Shown one piece after another: positions 9,013 through 18,825 of a stretch of DNA of 32,000 nt. The stretch is from an uncultured archaeon (lineage in GTDB: Archaea; Asgardarchaeota; Jordiarchaeia; Jordiarchaeales; Jordiarchaeaceae): contig CAZECW010000193.1 of assembly GCA_964510585.1 (NCBI GenBank), forward strand, positions 1-32,000, written 5' to 3'. The notes under the pieces were generated by a model. It was not told the DNA's origin, did no database searches, and saw nothing but the letters and a program-made list of their open reading frames with translations. Position 1 is the stretch's first letter; each line of letters begins with the position of its first letter. The translations under genes were made by a program, and so were the position numbers.

Positions 9013-10989
9013 TTATTCATCCTTCTCTTTTTGAAGCTCAGGAAGAATTTTTTCAAAGTAGTCCAGCGATTCTGGATTGATTAGTGCATCCCTGTTTAGG
9101 ACTGGCTTGCCGTTTATTATGTTTGAAACGGCTATTTCCACTTTTTTGCCGCTGAAGGTGTATGGGATATCTGGAGCCTCTAGTATTAGGGCCGGATTAT
9201 GCTGGGGTGAGGCTTTTTCACGCAGATTTTTTCTTATCTTCTTTTTTAATTCATCTGTGAGGCTATATTTTGGGGCGAGTTTTACAAAAAGGATAATTCG
9301 TTGGTCTCCTTTCCAATTCTGCCCTATAGCTACGCTATCAGCAATTTCCTCCATATCTTCCACCACACTGTATATCTCAGCAGTGCCTATGCGTACACCA
9401 GAGGGTTTTAACACAGCATCTGAACGACCGTAGAAGGTTACTCCACCAGTATCGCTGTGAATCACTATGTAATCGCCATGTCTCCATACATTTTTATGCG
9501 GATAAAATTCAAAGTAGCTTGCTTTGTACTTTTGGTAATCAGTGTCTTTGAAGAAATAGAGTGGCATAGAGGGGGCAGGAGCTTCGCAGACGAGTTCCCC
9601 CTGTTTATCATATATCTCATTTCCGTTCTCATCATACGCCTTAACTTTCATTCCTAAAGCTCGATACTGTAACTCACCGGCATAAACTGGAAGAGTGGGG
9701 CTTCCACAAGCAAAACAGCCGTTGATATCTGTGCCTCCCGATATCGAGTTGAAATGTAAATCTTTTTTGACTTCTCTGTAAACCCACTCAAAACCTTCGG
9801 CCGAAAGCGCTGACCCAGTCTGGGATATTTCTCGTAACGTCGATAAATCGTAATCTCGCCCCGGCTTAACTCCCTGACTCCGAAGATAATTTATGTAACT
9901 TGCACTGCAACCGAAAATAGTAATTTTTTCATCCTGAATCATTCTCCACATAGCACCAGGATCAGGATAATTAGGATTACCGTCGTATAATACTAGTGTT
10001 GCCCCAGTTGCTAGAGAGCTCATCAGCCAGTTCCACATCATCCAGCTGCAACTCGTTATATACATGATGGTGTCTTCACGTTTAAGATCCGTATTTAGTA
10101 TAAGCTCCTTCAAGTGATTGATGAGCACTCCCGCTGCTCCCTGAACCATACACTTTGGTTTACCAGTTGTTCCGGAGGAGAACATGATGAATAAAGGATG
10201 GTCGGCAGGCAATTGTTCAAACCGAATTTCCGGCTCTTTTTCGGGAGATATAAAATCATCCCAATAAACGGATTTAGGGATTTTGCTAATGTCTGGATCG
10301 TCTTCCACATATTTTGTAACAACAACTTTCTCCAGTGAGGGTATTCCCTCAGCCACTTCTTGAGCTTTACTTAAAATATTATATGTGACACCCTTGTAGA
10401 TGTGTCCATCAACTGTAAACAAAAGCTTGGGTTCAATTTGACCAAGACGATCAAGTGCTGCTTTTGTCCCAAGCTCAGCACCACAAGAAGACCAAACGGC
10501 ACCAACACTTGTAGCGGCAAGCATTGCAATGGATGTCTGTATCATATTGGGCATCAGAGCGCATACCCGATCACCAGGTTTGATTCCTAACTCACGTAGA
10601 GATTTTGCTAGGCGCGCCACAGTGTCGTACACTTCTTTATAGGTCATCCTTGCTGATTTCTGGTTTTCTCCTCTAAATTTGAAAGCCAATTTGTCGTCTT
10701 TGTATCTCAAAAGGTTCTCAGCATAGTTTAATCTTGCACCAATGAACCATTTTGCACCCGGAAACTTGGTTAAGTCATCAACCACTTTATCATACTTGCG
10801 AGAAGCTTTAATCTCTACGAAATCCCAAACAGCCGCCCAGAAATCGGGTATATTCTCAACAGACCAATCATATAATTCAGCGTAGGAACCAATTTCTAGA
10901 CCGTATTCCCTGTTGACAAAGTCAATAAAACGAGTCATGTTCGCCTGCTTTATAATTTCCTCGGAGGGTTCCCAAAGTAGTTTTCCCAC
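9013..10989 (-). CDS. aacS: Acetoacetate--CoA ligase (AMP-forming)
   Basis: 658 aa; LLWEPS N-terminus, WF.GARLNYAENLL, FSSGTTGKPKCMVQG, SISGGTDI, WRHGD, GRSDAVLKPSGVRIGTAEIY, GKKVEIAV: characteristic of acetoacetyl-CoA synthetases. Confidence 0.92.
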   Translation of the reverse strand: MGKLLWEPSEEIIKQANMTRFIDFVNREYGLEIGSYAELYDWSVENIPDFWAAVWDFVEIKASRKYDKVVDDLTKFPGAKWFIGARLNYAENLLRYKDDKLAFKFRGENQKSARMTYKEVYDTVARLAKSLRELGIKPGDRVCALMPNMIQTSIAMLAATSVGAVWSSCGAELGTKAALDRLGQIEPKLLFTVDGHIYKGVTYNILSKAQEVAEGIPSLEKVVVTKYVEDDPDISKIPKSVYWDDFISPEKEPEIRFEQLPADHPLFIMFSSGTTGKPKCMVQGAAGVLINHLKELILNTDLKREDTIMYITSCSWMMWNWLMSSLATGATLVLYDGNPNYPDPGAMWRMIQDEKITIFGCSASYINYLRSQGVKPGRDYDLSTLREISQTGSALSAEGFEWVYREVKKDLHFNSISGGTDINGCFACGSPTLPVYAGELQYRALGMKVKAYDENGNEIYDKQGELVCEAPAPSMPLYFFKDTDYQKYKASYFEFYPHKNVWRHGDYIVIHSDTGGVTFYGRSDAVLKPSGVRIGTAEIYSVVEDMEEIADSVAIGQNWKGDQRIILFVKLAPKYSLTDELKKKIRKNLREKASPQHNPALILEAPDIPYTFSGKKVEIAVSNIINGKPVLNRDALINPESLDYFEKILPELQKEKDE

Positions 10990-11171
10990 GAGAGCTCCAC
11001 ACCTCCAAAAAGTTTTTGGACACAGAACTTCACTTTTTTGGGAAAAAAATGTATTTTTCTTTATTAAATCTTACTATTTTCGCGTTAAAATGTACGAAAA
11101 ATAAACTTGTATTGACTTTATTTAACATAATTACATATAGATGATTATTTTTTTATTAAAATCTAAATTTT

Positions 11172-11214
11172 AAGAAAAAATTATAAAAAGTTCCAAGTTA
11201 TCGTCTTATAACTT
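11172..11214. promoter_or_regulatory. Divergent promoter region: BRE/TATA (TTATAAAA 11181-11188) and 7-6-7 inverted repeat AAGTTAT-cgtctt-ATAACTT (11195-11214)
   Basis: Read directly; lies between the divergent aacS and CoA-transferase genes. Confidence 0.5.
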
Positions 11215-11237
11215 ACAAGCAAGATGGTGATTTTTTT

Positions 11238-12275
11238 ATGACTGTAATCAAATTAAATGAATTGAAAGTCCTGGCCAGAGGAAAAGGTGAGTTAGTAGGC
11301 TGGCATGATCCAGATGAGCATCGAAAATGGATACGTGAAAACAAAACCCGAGACTTAGTGGACAAAACCATGACGGTGAAGGAGGCAGTTTCCAAATTCG
11401 TTAAAGACGGAAGCTACATCGCCTCTGGTGGATTCGGCCACATCAGGGTTTCCATGTCCGTAATTTATGAGATAATAAGGCAGAAAAAAAGGAACCTAAC
11501 AATGGCTGGAAAAACAGCTGTACACGACCTTGATGTACTTGTGGGCTCCGGTGTAGTTAACAAGGTTGAGGTTGCCTACTCATTCGGCCACGAGCTGAGA
11601 GGTCTCTCCCCCGCCTCCAGAAGAATGGTTGAAGGGGGAAAATGTAAGGTCATCGCTGAAATAAGCAATGCAGGTTACCAGTGGCGCTTCCTAGGAGGAA
11701 TGATGGGAGTACCCTTCATACCCTCACGCAACATGGTGGGCACAGACACTTTCAACTACAGCTCCTCCATAGTAATTGAAGATCCCTTCAGCGGGAAACC
11801 CATATGCTTGATTCCCTCATGCAACCCTGATGTAGCTTTCATTCATGTGCCCCGATGTGACATATATGGTAATGCCCAAATCGACGGTATACTGGTAGAA
11901 GACTTTGAACTCGCAAGGGCTGCAAGGAGACTAATAATCACAACTGAGGAGATAATTCCAGAAAATAAGATTAGAAGCGAACCATGGAGAACAGCAATTC
12001 CATTCTACTGTGTGGACGCAGTTTGTGAGGTACCATTCGGTTCACACCCCTGCCAGATGCCTTTAATGTACTTCTTTGACGAAGAACACATCGCCGAGTG
12101 GCTTCAACTCTCCAGCACAGAGGAAGGCACACAGCAATATCTCGACAAGTATGTATTTGGCGCCGAGGACTTCGAAGAGTACTTAAAACTTATTGGTGGA
12201 ATTAAGAAGCTAAACTATCTTAAGAGAGTCGAACAGTTAAGGGCGCCCATGGTAGCTCCTTGGCGTAAAAAGTGA
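11238..12275 (+). CDS. Class I CoA-transferase subunit A (glutaconate CoA-transferase GctA/CatI-like)
   Basis: DGSYIASGGFG, GMMGVPFIP, PDVAFIHV...D.YGNAQIDG, VDAVCEVPFGSHP motifs; carries an N-terminal extension. Confidence 0.9.
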   Translation: MTVIKLNELKVLARGKGELVGWHDPDEHRKWIRENKTRDLVDKTMTVKEAVSKFVKDGSYIASGGFGHIRVSMSVIYEIIRQKKRNLTMAGKTAVHDLDVLVGSGVVNKVEVAYSFGHELRGLSPASRRMVEGGKCKVIAEISNAGYQWRFLGGMMGVPFIPSRNMVGTDTFNYSSSIVIEDPFSGKPICLIPSCNPDVAFIHVPRCDIYGNAQIDGILVEDFELARAARRLIITTEEIIPENKIRSEPWRTAIPFYCVDAVCEVPFGSHPCQMPLMYFFDEEHIAEWLQLSSTEEGTQQYLDKYVFGAEDFEEYLKLIGGIKKLNYLKRVEQLRAPMVAPWRKK

Positions 12276-12286
12276 GGTGAAGCTAA

Positions 12287-13063
12287 ATGAGTAAAGAAGT
12301 TAAATACACGATGGGTGAACTCCTAGCAGTAGCAGCTGCAAAGTTACTTGAAGACAAAAAATCGGTTTTCGTGGGAACCGGCTTACCCATGATCGCATCC
12401 ATGCTGGCCCAAAGAACACACGCACCCAACCTATTAATTATCTTTGAAGCGGGCGGCATTGGGCCACAAATACCAACCCTACCCATCTCAGTTGGTGACT
12501 CAAGAACGTTCCACAAGGCAGTGGGAGCATCCAGCATGCATGACGTTATGTCCGCCTGCCAAGCGGGCTACATAGACTACGGCTTCTTGGGCGGAGCCCA
12601 AATAGACATGTATGGGAACCTAAACACCACCTGCATCGGAGACCACGACCATCCAAAGGTAAGATTCCCGGGAAGCGGTGGAGCAAATGACATTGGTTCA
12701 CTATCTCATAAAACTATTTACATTATGAGAAACCAAGCTCCTAGAACCTTTGTGAAGAGGGTTGACTTCATAACAACTCCGGGTTACCTATCTGGGCCAG
12801 GAGCGCGAGAAAAAGCTGGGCTTCCAGAAGGCACGGGCCCCTACAGGGTAATAACGCAGCTGGGTATATACGACTTTGAAGAGAAGACTAAGAGGATGAG
12901 GCTAATATCCATACATCCCGGTGTCACACTAGAGCAGGTAAAGGAGAACTGTAGCTTTGAGCTACTTATTGCGGACGACCTTCAAACAACACCAATACCC
13001 ACAGAGAAGGAAATTAAAATACTACATGAGCTTGACCCACAAGGAGTATCCATAGGCAAGTAG
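12287..13063 (+). CDS. Class I CoA-transferase subunit B (GctB/CatJ-like)
   Basis: VFVGTGLP, catalytic Glu in IFEAGG, GAQID.YGNLN, GSGGA; GAGGTGA RBS overlapping the subunit A stop. Confidence 0.92.
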   Translation: MSKEVKYTMGELLAVAAAKLLEDKKSVFVGTGLPMIASMLAQRTHAPNLLIIFEAGGIGPQIPTLPISVGDSRTFHKAVGASSMHDVMSACQAGYIDYGFLGGAQIDMYGNLNTTCIGDHDHPKVRFPGSGGANDIGSLSHKTIYIMRNQAPRTFVKRVDFITTPGYLSGPGAREKAGLPEGTGPYRVITQLGIYDFEEKTKRMRLISIHPGVTLEQVKENCSFELLIADDLQTTPIPTEKEIKILHELDPQGVSIGK

Positions 13064-13128
13064 CAGGTTGCACTGAAATCGTTTATTATTTCGCCATTCC
13101 CCATTTATTTTCTGCTTCTCTTTTTTAG

Positions 13129-13142
13129 GAAAGTTATAAAAG
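13129..13142 (+). promoter_or_regulatory. BRE/TATA promoter of the crotonase gene
   Basis: GAAAG-TTATAAAA (TATA 13134-13141), about 60 nt upstream of the start; same AAGTTATAAA core as the thrS promoter. Confidence 0.5.
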
Positions 13143-13188
13143 AGGTTTAGTATCACTAATTTTTTAATTTGAAATTTTCTGAAGATGT

Positions 13189-13980
13189 TTGAGGAGAGTG
13201 AAGATTATTCCCTACAAGTATATTATTGTTGAAAAAGAAAAGGATATTGCCGTAATAACTATGAATCGCCCCGAAAAGCTAAACGCTTTAAACCTTGAAT
13301 TGCAGGAGGAGTTAAAACACGCATTGGATACCCTCTACTTGGACAATGAGGTGAAAGTTATTATACTAACTGGTGCAGGCAGAGCTTTTAGTGCTGGTGG
13401 AGATATTGGAACAATGAAGGAGGCTCACCAGTTAGATCCACTATTGCTGAGACAAGCTTTGTATCAATCTACGTCTGAAGTAACCAATAGAATTTGGAAC
13501 TATGAGAAGCCTATTATAGCTGCGGTTAATGGGGTGGCGGCTGGAGGTGCTTGCAACTGGGCTTTAGCTTGTGACTTTGTTATAGCCTCTGAGAACGCAA
13601 GATTCGGCGAAGTTTTCATTCATGTTGGATTGGTCCCCGATGGTGGCGGAAGCTGGCTTCTTCCCAGGCTGGTGGGTTTGCAGAGAGCGAAGGAAATTAT
13701 TATGATGGGGAAGATGGTGTCTGCTGAGGAGGCTGAGCGAATCGGAATGGTGAACAAAGTTGTTCCAGAAAATGACTTGATGTCCACAGCTAAAGAGTAT
13801 GCAAGGATACTAGCTTCTCTGCCATCGAGAACACTTGGGGCGGCTAAGAAAACCATTAATAAGGCTATGACCACAAGCCTTGGAGAAGCAATGGATTATG
13901 AAATGACTATGCAGGCAATATGTTTCCAAACAGAAGCTCACCGAGAACGTGTAAAAGCCTTTTTAGAGAAGAAAAAGTAG
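13189..13980 (+). CDS. Enoyl-CoA hydratase/isomerase (crotonase superfamily)
   Basis: NRPEKLNAL, GRAFSAGGDI, AAVNGVAAGG, GLVPDGG, AEEAERIGMVN; likely start GTG 13198 after GAGGAG. Confidence 0.93.
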   Translation: MRRVKIIPYKYIIVEKEKDIAVITMNRPEKLNALNLELQEELKHALDTLYLDNEVKVIILTGAGRAFSAGGDIGTMKEAHQLDPLLLRQALYQSTSEVTNRIWNYEKPIIAAVNGVAAGGACNWALACDFVIASENARFGEVFIHVGLVPDGGGSWLLPRLVGLQRAKEIIMMGKMVSAEEAERIGMVNKVVPENDLMSTAKEYARILASLPSRTLGAAKKTINKAMTTSLGEAMDYEMTMQAICFQTEAHRERVKAFLEKKK

Positions 13981-14228
13981 CCATAGCTACTTCGCCCCTT
14001 CCATAAATTTTTCTAATAGGATAAGGATACGGTCATCTTCTTGGTGCAACTTGCCCCAAGAAACATGGTTAGGCTGACTTTTTAAGATTCAGAATTTGTT
14101 ATTCTCCCTTTTTTAAATTTATTAAATTAACCACTTTATATTATATTCTTAATTGCTTTTTTGTTTAAACCATATCCTTAGGAAAAGATTAAATAATTTT
14201 TACACTCCTCCGTTTTCCAAAATTTATA

Positions 14229-14532
14229 ATGTTTGTAGAAAAACTTGATTATCTAACTAGCCCCGGATATCTAGATGGAAGTGTAGGTGCGGGAGAGAAA
14301 GCAGTGTGGCCGGGTTCTGGTCCTGTACTAGTGATAACCAATTTTACACTGCTGTATTTTGACGTAAAAACCATGAGAATGAGGCTAAAATCGGTTCACA
14401 CAGGGGTAACAGTTGACTAGGTGGTGGATGTTACAGGCTTTGAGTTGATACTATCCAAGGAGAATAGGAGAAACTGAGCCGCCCACTACAGAGGAGTTGA
14501 GACTGCTAAGAGAGAAGATAGATCCCCATGGC
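14229..14532 (+). pseudogene. Decayed C-terminal fragment of a second CoA-transferase subunit B
   Basis: FVEKLDYLTSPGYLDG...PGSGPVLVIT...MRLKSVHTGVTVD*(TAG 14418-14420)VVDVTGFELIL, frameshift near 14455, then PRRIGETEPPTTEELRLLREKIDPHG; collinear with the 3' third of 12287-13063. Confidence 0.85.
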
Positions 14533-14694
14533 AATTTTAAAGAAAACACTAAAAGAATAGAGGAACAGGCAGCCCGGAACTATTACTACAATTTTTTTAC
14601 CCTAAAAAATATTTTTCATTTTTTGGTTTAAAAAAAGAAGTTTGCACAGGCTTTTTAAACTGAAGGGGATAATTTAAAACCCGAATACTACCAC

Positions 14695-14706
14695 AAGTTA
14701 TAAATA
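14695..14706 (+). promoter_or_regulatory. BRE/TATA promoter of thrS
   Basis: AAG-TTATAAAT-A about 62 nt upstream of ATG 14768. Confidence 0.5.
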
Positions 14707-14767
14707 TATTTATTTGATACTCAGAGAATCACTCCAAAGAACAATTTTTTGATGGGATGCAATTAGA

Positions 14768-16639
14768 ATGAGGATTCTACTAATACATTCTGATGAGTTT
14801 TCCTACAGGGTAACCCAGAAAACGCCCATTGCTGAGAAATTGGAGGACGAATCAGTCAAGCAGGGCTCCTCTGAAGACTGCTTGGTGGTTTTTTCAGCTG
14901 TTGAGAAGGGCGATGAACTTAACAAGAACTATGTTATCAACCAGACCGTTGAAGAAATAAAGAAGGTAGCAGACCAGGTGGGGGCCAAAAAAATAGTGGT
15001 TTACCCCTACGCCCACCTATCATCCAATCTTTCAGACCCCAAAACAGCCATAGAGATTCTTAAGGGCGTTGCCAAGAAGTTGGGGGAACAGTACTCAGTT
15101 ATGCGCTCCCCATTCGGTTTCTACAAGGCCTTCAAGTTGAGCTGTAAGGGGCATCCTATGTCGGAACTCTCCCGCGAGATTCACCCACCTGAGAGGGAGG
15201 TTGAAGAAAAGGAGGCACCAAAAGAGGCACCCCGAAAAATCGCCAAGAGGTTTCTGGTGCTCACCCCCAACGGTGAGGAAATGGAACCCGGAGAATTTGT
15301 GAAAAATTGTGAGGACGACGAGTTCAAGACCCTTGTGGAAAAGGAGGCGTTGGGTAAGGAGAGCCCTGGTTCTGGTGAGGAACCAGAATTCATAGGCATA
15401 GTCAAGAGGTATAATATAAATTGGGAGGGCTTCTCTGATAGGGGACATATGAAGTTTGGTCCCGAAGGCAACCTACTATTTGAACTCATAGCGGAGTACG
15501 CAGAGAGAATCGTCAGGGACTTTGGAATTCCGGTTTACTCTGTTAGGGGGACAAATATGTTTGATTTGGAAATGAAGCCGGTGAGAGAACATGCGGAACT
15601 CTACGGCGACCGCCTATATCAGCTGGAAGTGGAGGATAAGAAATTGGTTATGCGATACGCCGCTTGTCACCAGCAATTTTCCATGATTAAGGACTGGACG
15701 ATTAGTTATCGCAACCTTCCCTTCGGAGCCTTCGAAGTGGCGGACAGTTATCGCATGGAGCAGAGCGGAGAACTATTGCTATGTTTCAGAACCAGAAAAA
15801 TGCACATGCCCGACTTCCACGTAATATGCCGAGACGAGAAGGAAGCCCTAGAATGGTTTTACAAAATACACGAGAAAATCTATGAGGCCATGGAAGAGTT
15901 GGGACGAAACTATGAACTGCTCATAAATCTTACCTCAGAGGAGTTCTACGAGAGAAACAAGGACTTCCTGCTCAAACTCGCCAAAACCCGCAAAAAGAAT
16001 CTTCTATTATGCTTCTATCCTCCAGGAATAAACTACTACTGGTCAATAAATAATGAGTACCACATAACCGACGAACTCAACAGGCCCAGAGAGATTGGCA
16101 CTGTCCAGATAGATTTTGGAAACAGTAAAAGGTTCGGAATAAAATACACTGATGCTGATGGAAGCGAAAGGTTCCCCTTCATACTGCACACCGCCGTTAT
16201 CGGCACAATTGAGAGATACCTATTTGCCCTTTTCGACACCGCAGTAAAAATGAAGAAGGAAGGCAAACCCCCCATGCTGCCAGTATGGGTCTCCCCCACT
16301 CAGCTAAGGATAGTTCCCGTCGCCGAGAGACACCTGAAATTCGCCGAAGAGCTGGCAAGCAAAATCAGAGGAATACGGGTGGACATTGATGATAGAAGTG
16401 AAACAGTGGCAAGAAGAATAAAACAAGCTGAGGAGGAGTGGATACCCTACATAGTAGTGGTGGGAGACAAAGAAGTGGAGGGAGAAAAACTCACAGTTCG
16501 AATCCGAGAAATCAGAAAAGAAGTCCAAATGACCCTCGAAGAACTTGTGAAAGAAATCCACAAAAAGATTGGCGACAAACCCTTCAAACCCCTAACTCTA
16601 CCAATCCACGTTTCAAAAAGACCAATCTTTAACGTCTAA
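14768..16639 (+). CDS. thrS: Threonine--tRNA ligase, archaeal type with N-terminal editing domain
   Basis: MRILLIHSD, VYPYAHLSS.L, RSPFGFYKAFKLSCKGHP.SELSR editing domain; RYAACHQQF, E.SGEL...R.R, HTAVIGTIER catalytic core; anticodon domain DIDDRSETV...EWIPY. Confidence 0.98.
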   Translation: MRILLIHSDEFSYRVTQKTPIAEKLEDESVKQGSSEDCLVVFSAVEKGDELNKNYVINQTVEEIKKVADQVGAKKIVVYPYAHLSSNLSDPKTAIEILKGVAKKLGEQYSVMRSPFGFYKAFKLSCKGHPMSELSREIHPPEREVEEKEAPKEAPRKIAKRFLVLTPNGEEMEPGEFVKNCEDDEFKTLVEKEALGKESPGSGEEPEFIGIVKRYNINWEGFSDRGHMKFGPEGNLLFELIAEYAERIVRDFGIPVYSVRGTNMFDLEMKPVREHAELYGDRLYQLEVEDKKLVMRYAACHQQFSMIKDWTISYRNLPFGAFEVADSYRMEQSGELLLCFRTRKMHMPDFHVICRDEKEALEWFYKIHEKIYEAMEELGRNYELLINLTSEEFYERNKDFLLKLAKTRKKNLLLCFYPPGINYYWSINNEYHITDELNRPREIGTVQIDFGNSKRFGIKYTDADGSERFPFILHTAVIGTIERYLFALFDTAVKMKKEGKPPMLPVWVSPTQLRIVPVAERHLKFAEELASKIRGIRVDIDDRSETVARRIKQAEEEWIPYIVVVGDKEVEGEKLTVRIREIRKEVQMTLEELVKEIHKKIGDKPFKPLTLPIHVSKRPIFNV

Positions 16640-16870
16640 AATTTCCACACACCAGAGCCGAAAAACTCCCAAATAATTAAAAAACTTTTATGTCCTATCT
16701 ACCCCGAACCACACTTCAAATCAGTCCGCCCCAAATTGGAACAGAACCCTACCCCCTCGCACCATTTATCCATTTATTTATTCAATTCTTAAAGTTCCGC
16801 TTCCCCATATTCAAAATATAAAATAAAAATTGGAGTAGGGCTTTTGTAAAAGAAAAAATTGTGGGTTCGG

Positions 16871-17284
16871 CTACTCTGTGGTTCGTCCGTCAAAATGTTC
16901 CTTACTCTCCATGGCGTCCTTTTTGGTGCGATGTACTATACCATCTTGGTGTTCGGGTGGAGAGTAAATCGTGTAAAGTTTGAGATTAGCGCTCTTGGAG
17001 GTATTTATGACGTTATGTTTTGCGCCCGCTGGAACTACGACCGCGCTCCCATCCTTTACGCGGTGTTCTACACCGTCAATTACTACTTTTCCTTCTCCTT
17101 CCTCAAATCGGAAGAATTGATCCACATCGTCATGTGTTTCTTCACCTATCTCTTCGCCGGGCTTAAGGTTCATAAGCACAAGTTGACTGTGTTTACCAGT
17201 GTAGAGTACGCGTCGAAAATTGGTGTTCTTCTTGGTTTCTTTCTCAATGGATACTACAAATCCCTTCAAACTCGTCGCCTCCAT
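16871..17284 (-). CDS. Cupin domain protein (cupin_2)
   Basis: NFRRVLYTGKHSQLVLM, EIGEETH..VDQFFRFEEG, VPAGAKHNV, LYTIYSPPEH; possible true start TTG 17269 after GGAGG. Confidence 0.9.
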   Translation of the reverse strand: MEATSLKGFVVSIEKETKKNTNFRRVLYTGKHSQLVLMNLKPGEEIGEETHDDVDQFFRFEEGEGKVVIDGVEHRVKDGSAVVVPAGAKHNVINTSKSANLKLYTIYSPPEHQDGIVHRTKKDAMESKEHFDGRTTE

Positions 17285-17604
17285 AAATGAAAAAGCTCAT
17301 TTCGCTTATCAAGATTTCTTATCAATAAAGTGCTTATTGGTCTTGCTTCTTATAACTGGTACCCTTTTTTTGGCAAAGAAGGCGATTTAACAGTAAAACT
17401 TTAAAGGACGTTTTCAAAATCTTGGAGCACACTATTTTCGCGGTGGGAATTACGCTTTCTGGGTTAATTTTTTTAGTTGTATTTTCTTTTATAGTTTTGT
17501 TTTCGCCGTGCTGCTCGTATGGAAAATTTATTGTACGAACGAATTATTTGGAAAAATATAATAATTTTGTAGGGTTAACCTTCAAAGAATAGGAAGGGTA
17601 CAAT

Positions 17605-18825
17605 GTGAGATCTTTGAGGCTAAAAGATTTTTCCATCACTTCTGCTAGAGAAATCTTGGGTATTACATGTTTAAGTCTCTTTGTGGATTCCCTTGGTTAC
17701 GGGATAGTGATTCCAATTCTTCCCACATATGTTTTGTCTCTGGGGGCCACAGATTACGATTTGGCACTTATTTTTTCCTCATTTGCCATGGTGCAGCTCT
17801 TCACTACCATACCTTTTGGCTTGTTTTCGGATAAGTATGGGCGAAAAGTGTTCATGGTTACGGGAATGCTTCTTCTTGGCATTTCTTTTATGTATTTTCC
17901 CTTCGCTCATAGTGTTCTTGCGCTTATTACTTGTAGGGTGGTGCAGGGCTTGGCCGCCTCTGCTACTTGGTCTTCTGCCCTGGCTCTGGTTGCCGATGCG
18001 TATCCTGGTGGTGATAAGGGTGAAAAGTTGGGTATTGCAAATGGGGCTGTGGGTTTGGGTAACATTGCTGGTCCATTGGTGGGGGGCGTTTTGGGTGATA
18101 TTAATTTTGGTTTGCCCTTTTTAGTTATAGGTTCTATTGCTTTTTTCGCCTGTTTCTATATGGTTATGAGATTAAAGTTGGAAAGAGGCGAAGCTGTGGA
18201 GGCTCCTGTAGCTTTTCGTGAGATGTTGCGGGGGGCTATCCGAGTCAGGAATGTTTTGTTGGTGGTTTTCATCAACCTTTTGGTAGCTGTGTTTTTCGGC
18301 TTCATTGAGCCACTTTTGCCGCCCTACTTGGGTGGGAGGTTTAACATGTCGGGTACGCAGATTGGTTTATTCTTTGGGGGCGCCTTTCTAACCTATGTAG
18401 TTTCTCAGCCCTTTGTAGGAAGATTGTCGGATAGGTATGGGAGAAAGATGTTTATTGTGAGTGGGTTAATTGCTCTTTGTATCACAAATGTGGTGATTCC
18501 CTATCTCTCTGATGTGTGGACTCTCTTTGCACTGCTTGTTGTTATGGGGGTTTTTTGGAGTTTAGCGTATACGCCGCTTATGCCTCTTGCTGTGGATTCT
18601 TTGAGGAGCAAAAATAGGGAAACTTTTGGGACAATGTCTGGATTCTTCAATATTGCCTGGAACTCGGGATACAGCATAGGTCCCATAATAGGGGCTCTGG
18701 TAACCTCCTATTTTGGTTTTGAATCAATATTCTGGTTTTTCAGCGGGTTGCTTGTGGTGATGATAATTGTTTCCCAAACCTTGATAGCTGAGAAGAGGGT
18801 GTTTGTCGCGAAGGCGACTAATTAA
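17605..18825 (+). CDS. MFS transporter, DHA1/SLC18-like (paralog 1)
   Basis: 12-TM pattern; DSLGYG (TM1), motif A GLFSDKYGRK, RVVQGL, GPLVGG, FIEPLLP (TM7), GRLSDRYGRK, GYSIGP. Confidence 0.93.
   Translation: MRSLRLKDFSITSAREILGITCLSLFVDSLGYGIVIPILPTYVLSLGATDYDLALIFSSFAMVQLFTTIPFGLFSDKYGRKVFMVTGMLLLGISFMYFPFAHSVLALITCRVVQGLAASATWSSALALVADAYPGGDKGEKLGIANGAVGLGNIAGPLVGGVLGDINFGLPFLVIGSIAFFACFYMVMRLKLERGEAVEAPVAFREMLRGAIRVRNVLLVVFINLLVAVFFGFIEPLLPPYLGGRFNMSGTQIGLFFGGAFLTYVVSQPFVGRLSDRYGRKMFIVSGLIALCITNVVIPYLSDVWTLFALLVVMGVFWSLAYTPLMPLAVDSLRSKNRETFGTMSGFFNIAWNSGYSIGPIIGALVTSYFGFESIFWFFSGLLVVMIIVSQTLIAEKRVFVAKATN

Noticed and set aside
11238-13063. CoA-transferase pair as steroid ring-opening IpdAB or decarboxylase AibAB
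   Set aside because: The beta subunit retains the canonical catalytic Glu (IFEAGG) and lacks IpdB-type motifs.
14418-14420. In-frame TAG as pyrrolysine recoding
   Set aside because: Accompanied by a frameshift and 5' truncation; pseudogenisation explains it.
16496-16510. GTTCGAATCC T-loop-like motif (also GGTTCGA near 31318)
   Set aside because: Inside thrS and nadK coding sequence; no cloverleaf can be folded.
16859-17290. 143-aa hydrophobic-looking + strand ORF
   Set aside because: Almost exact antisense of the cupin, which has clear motifs.
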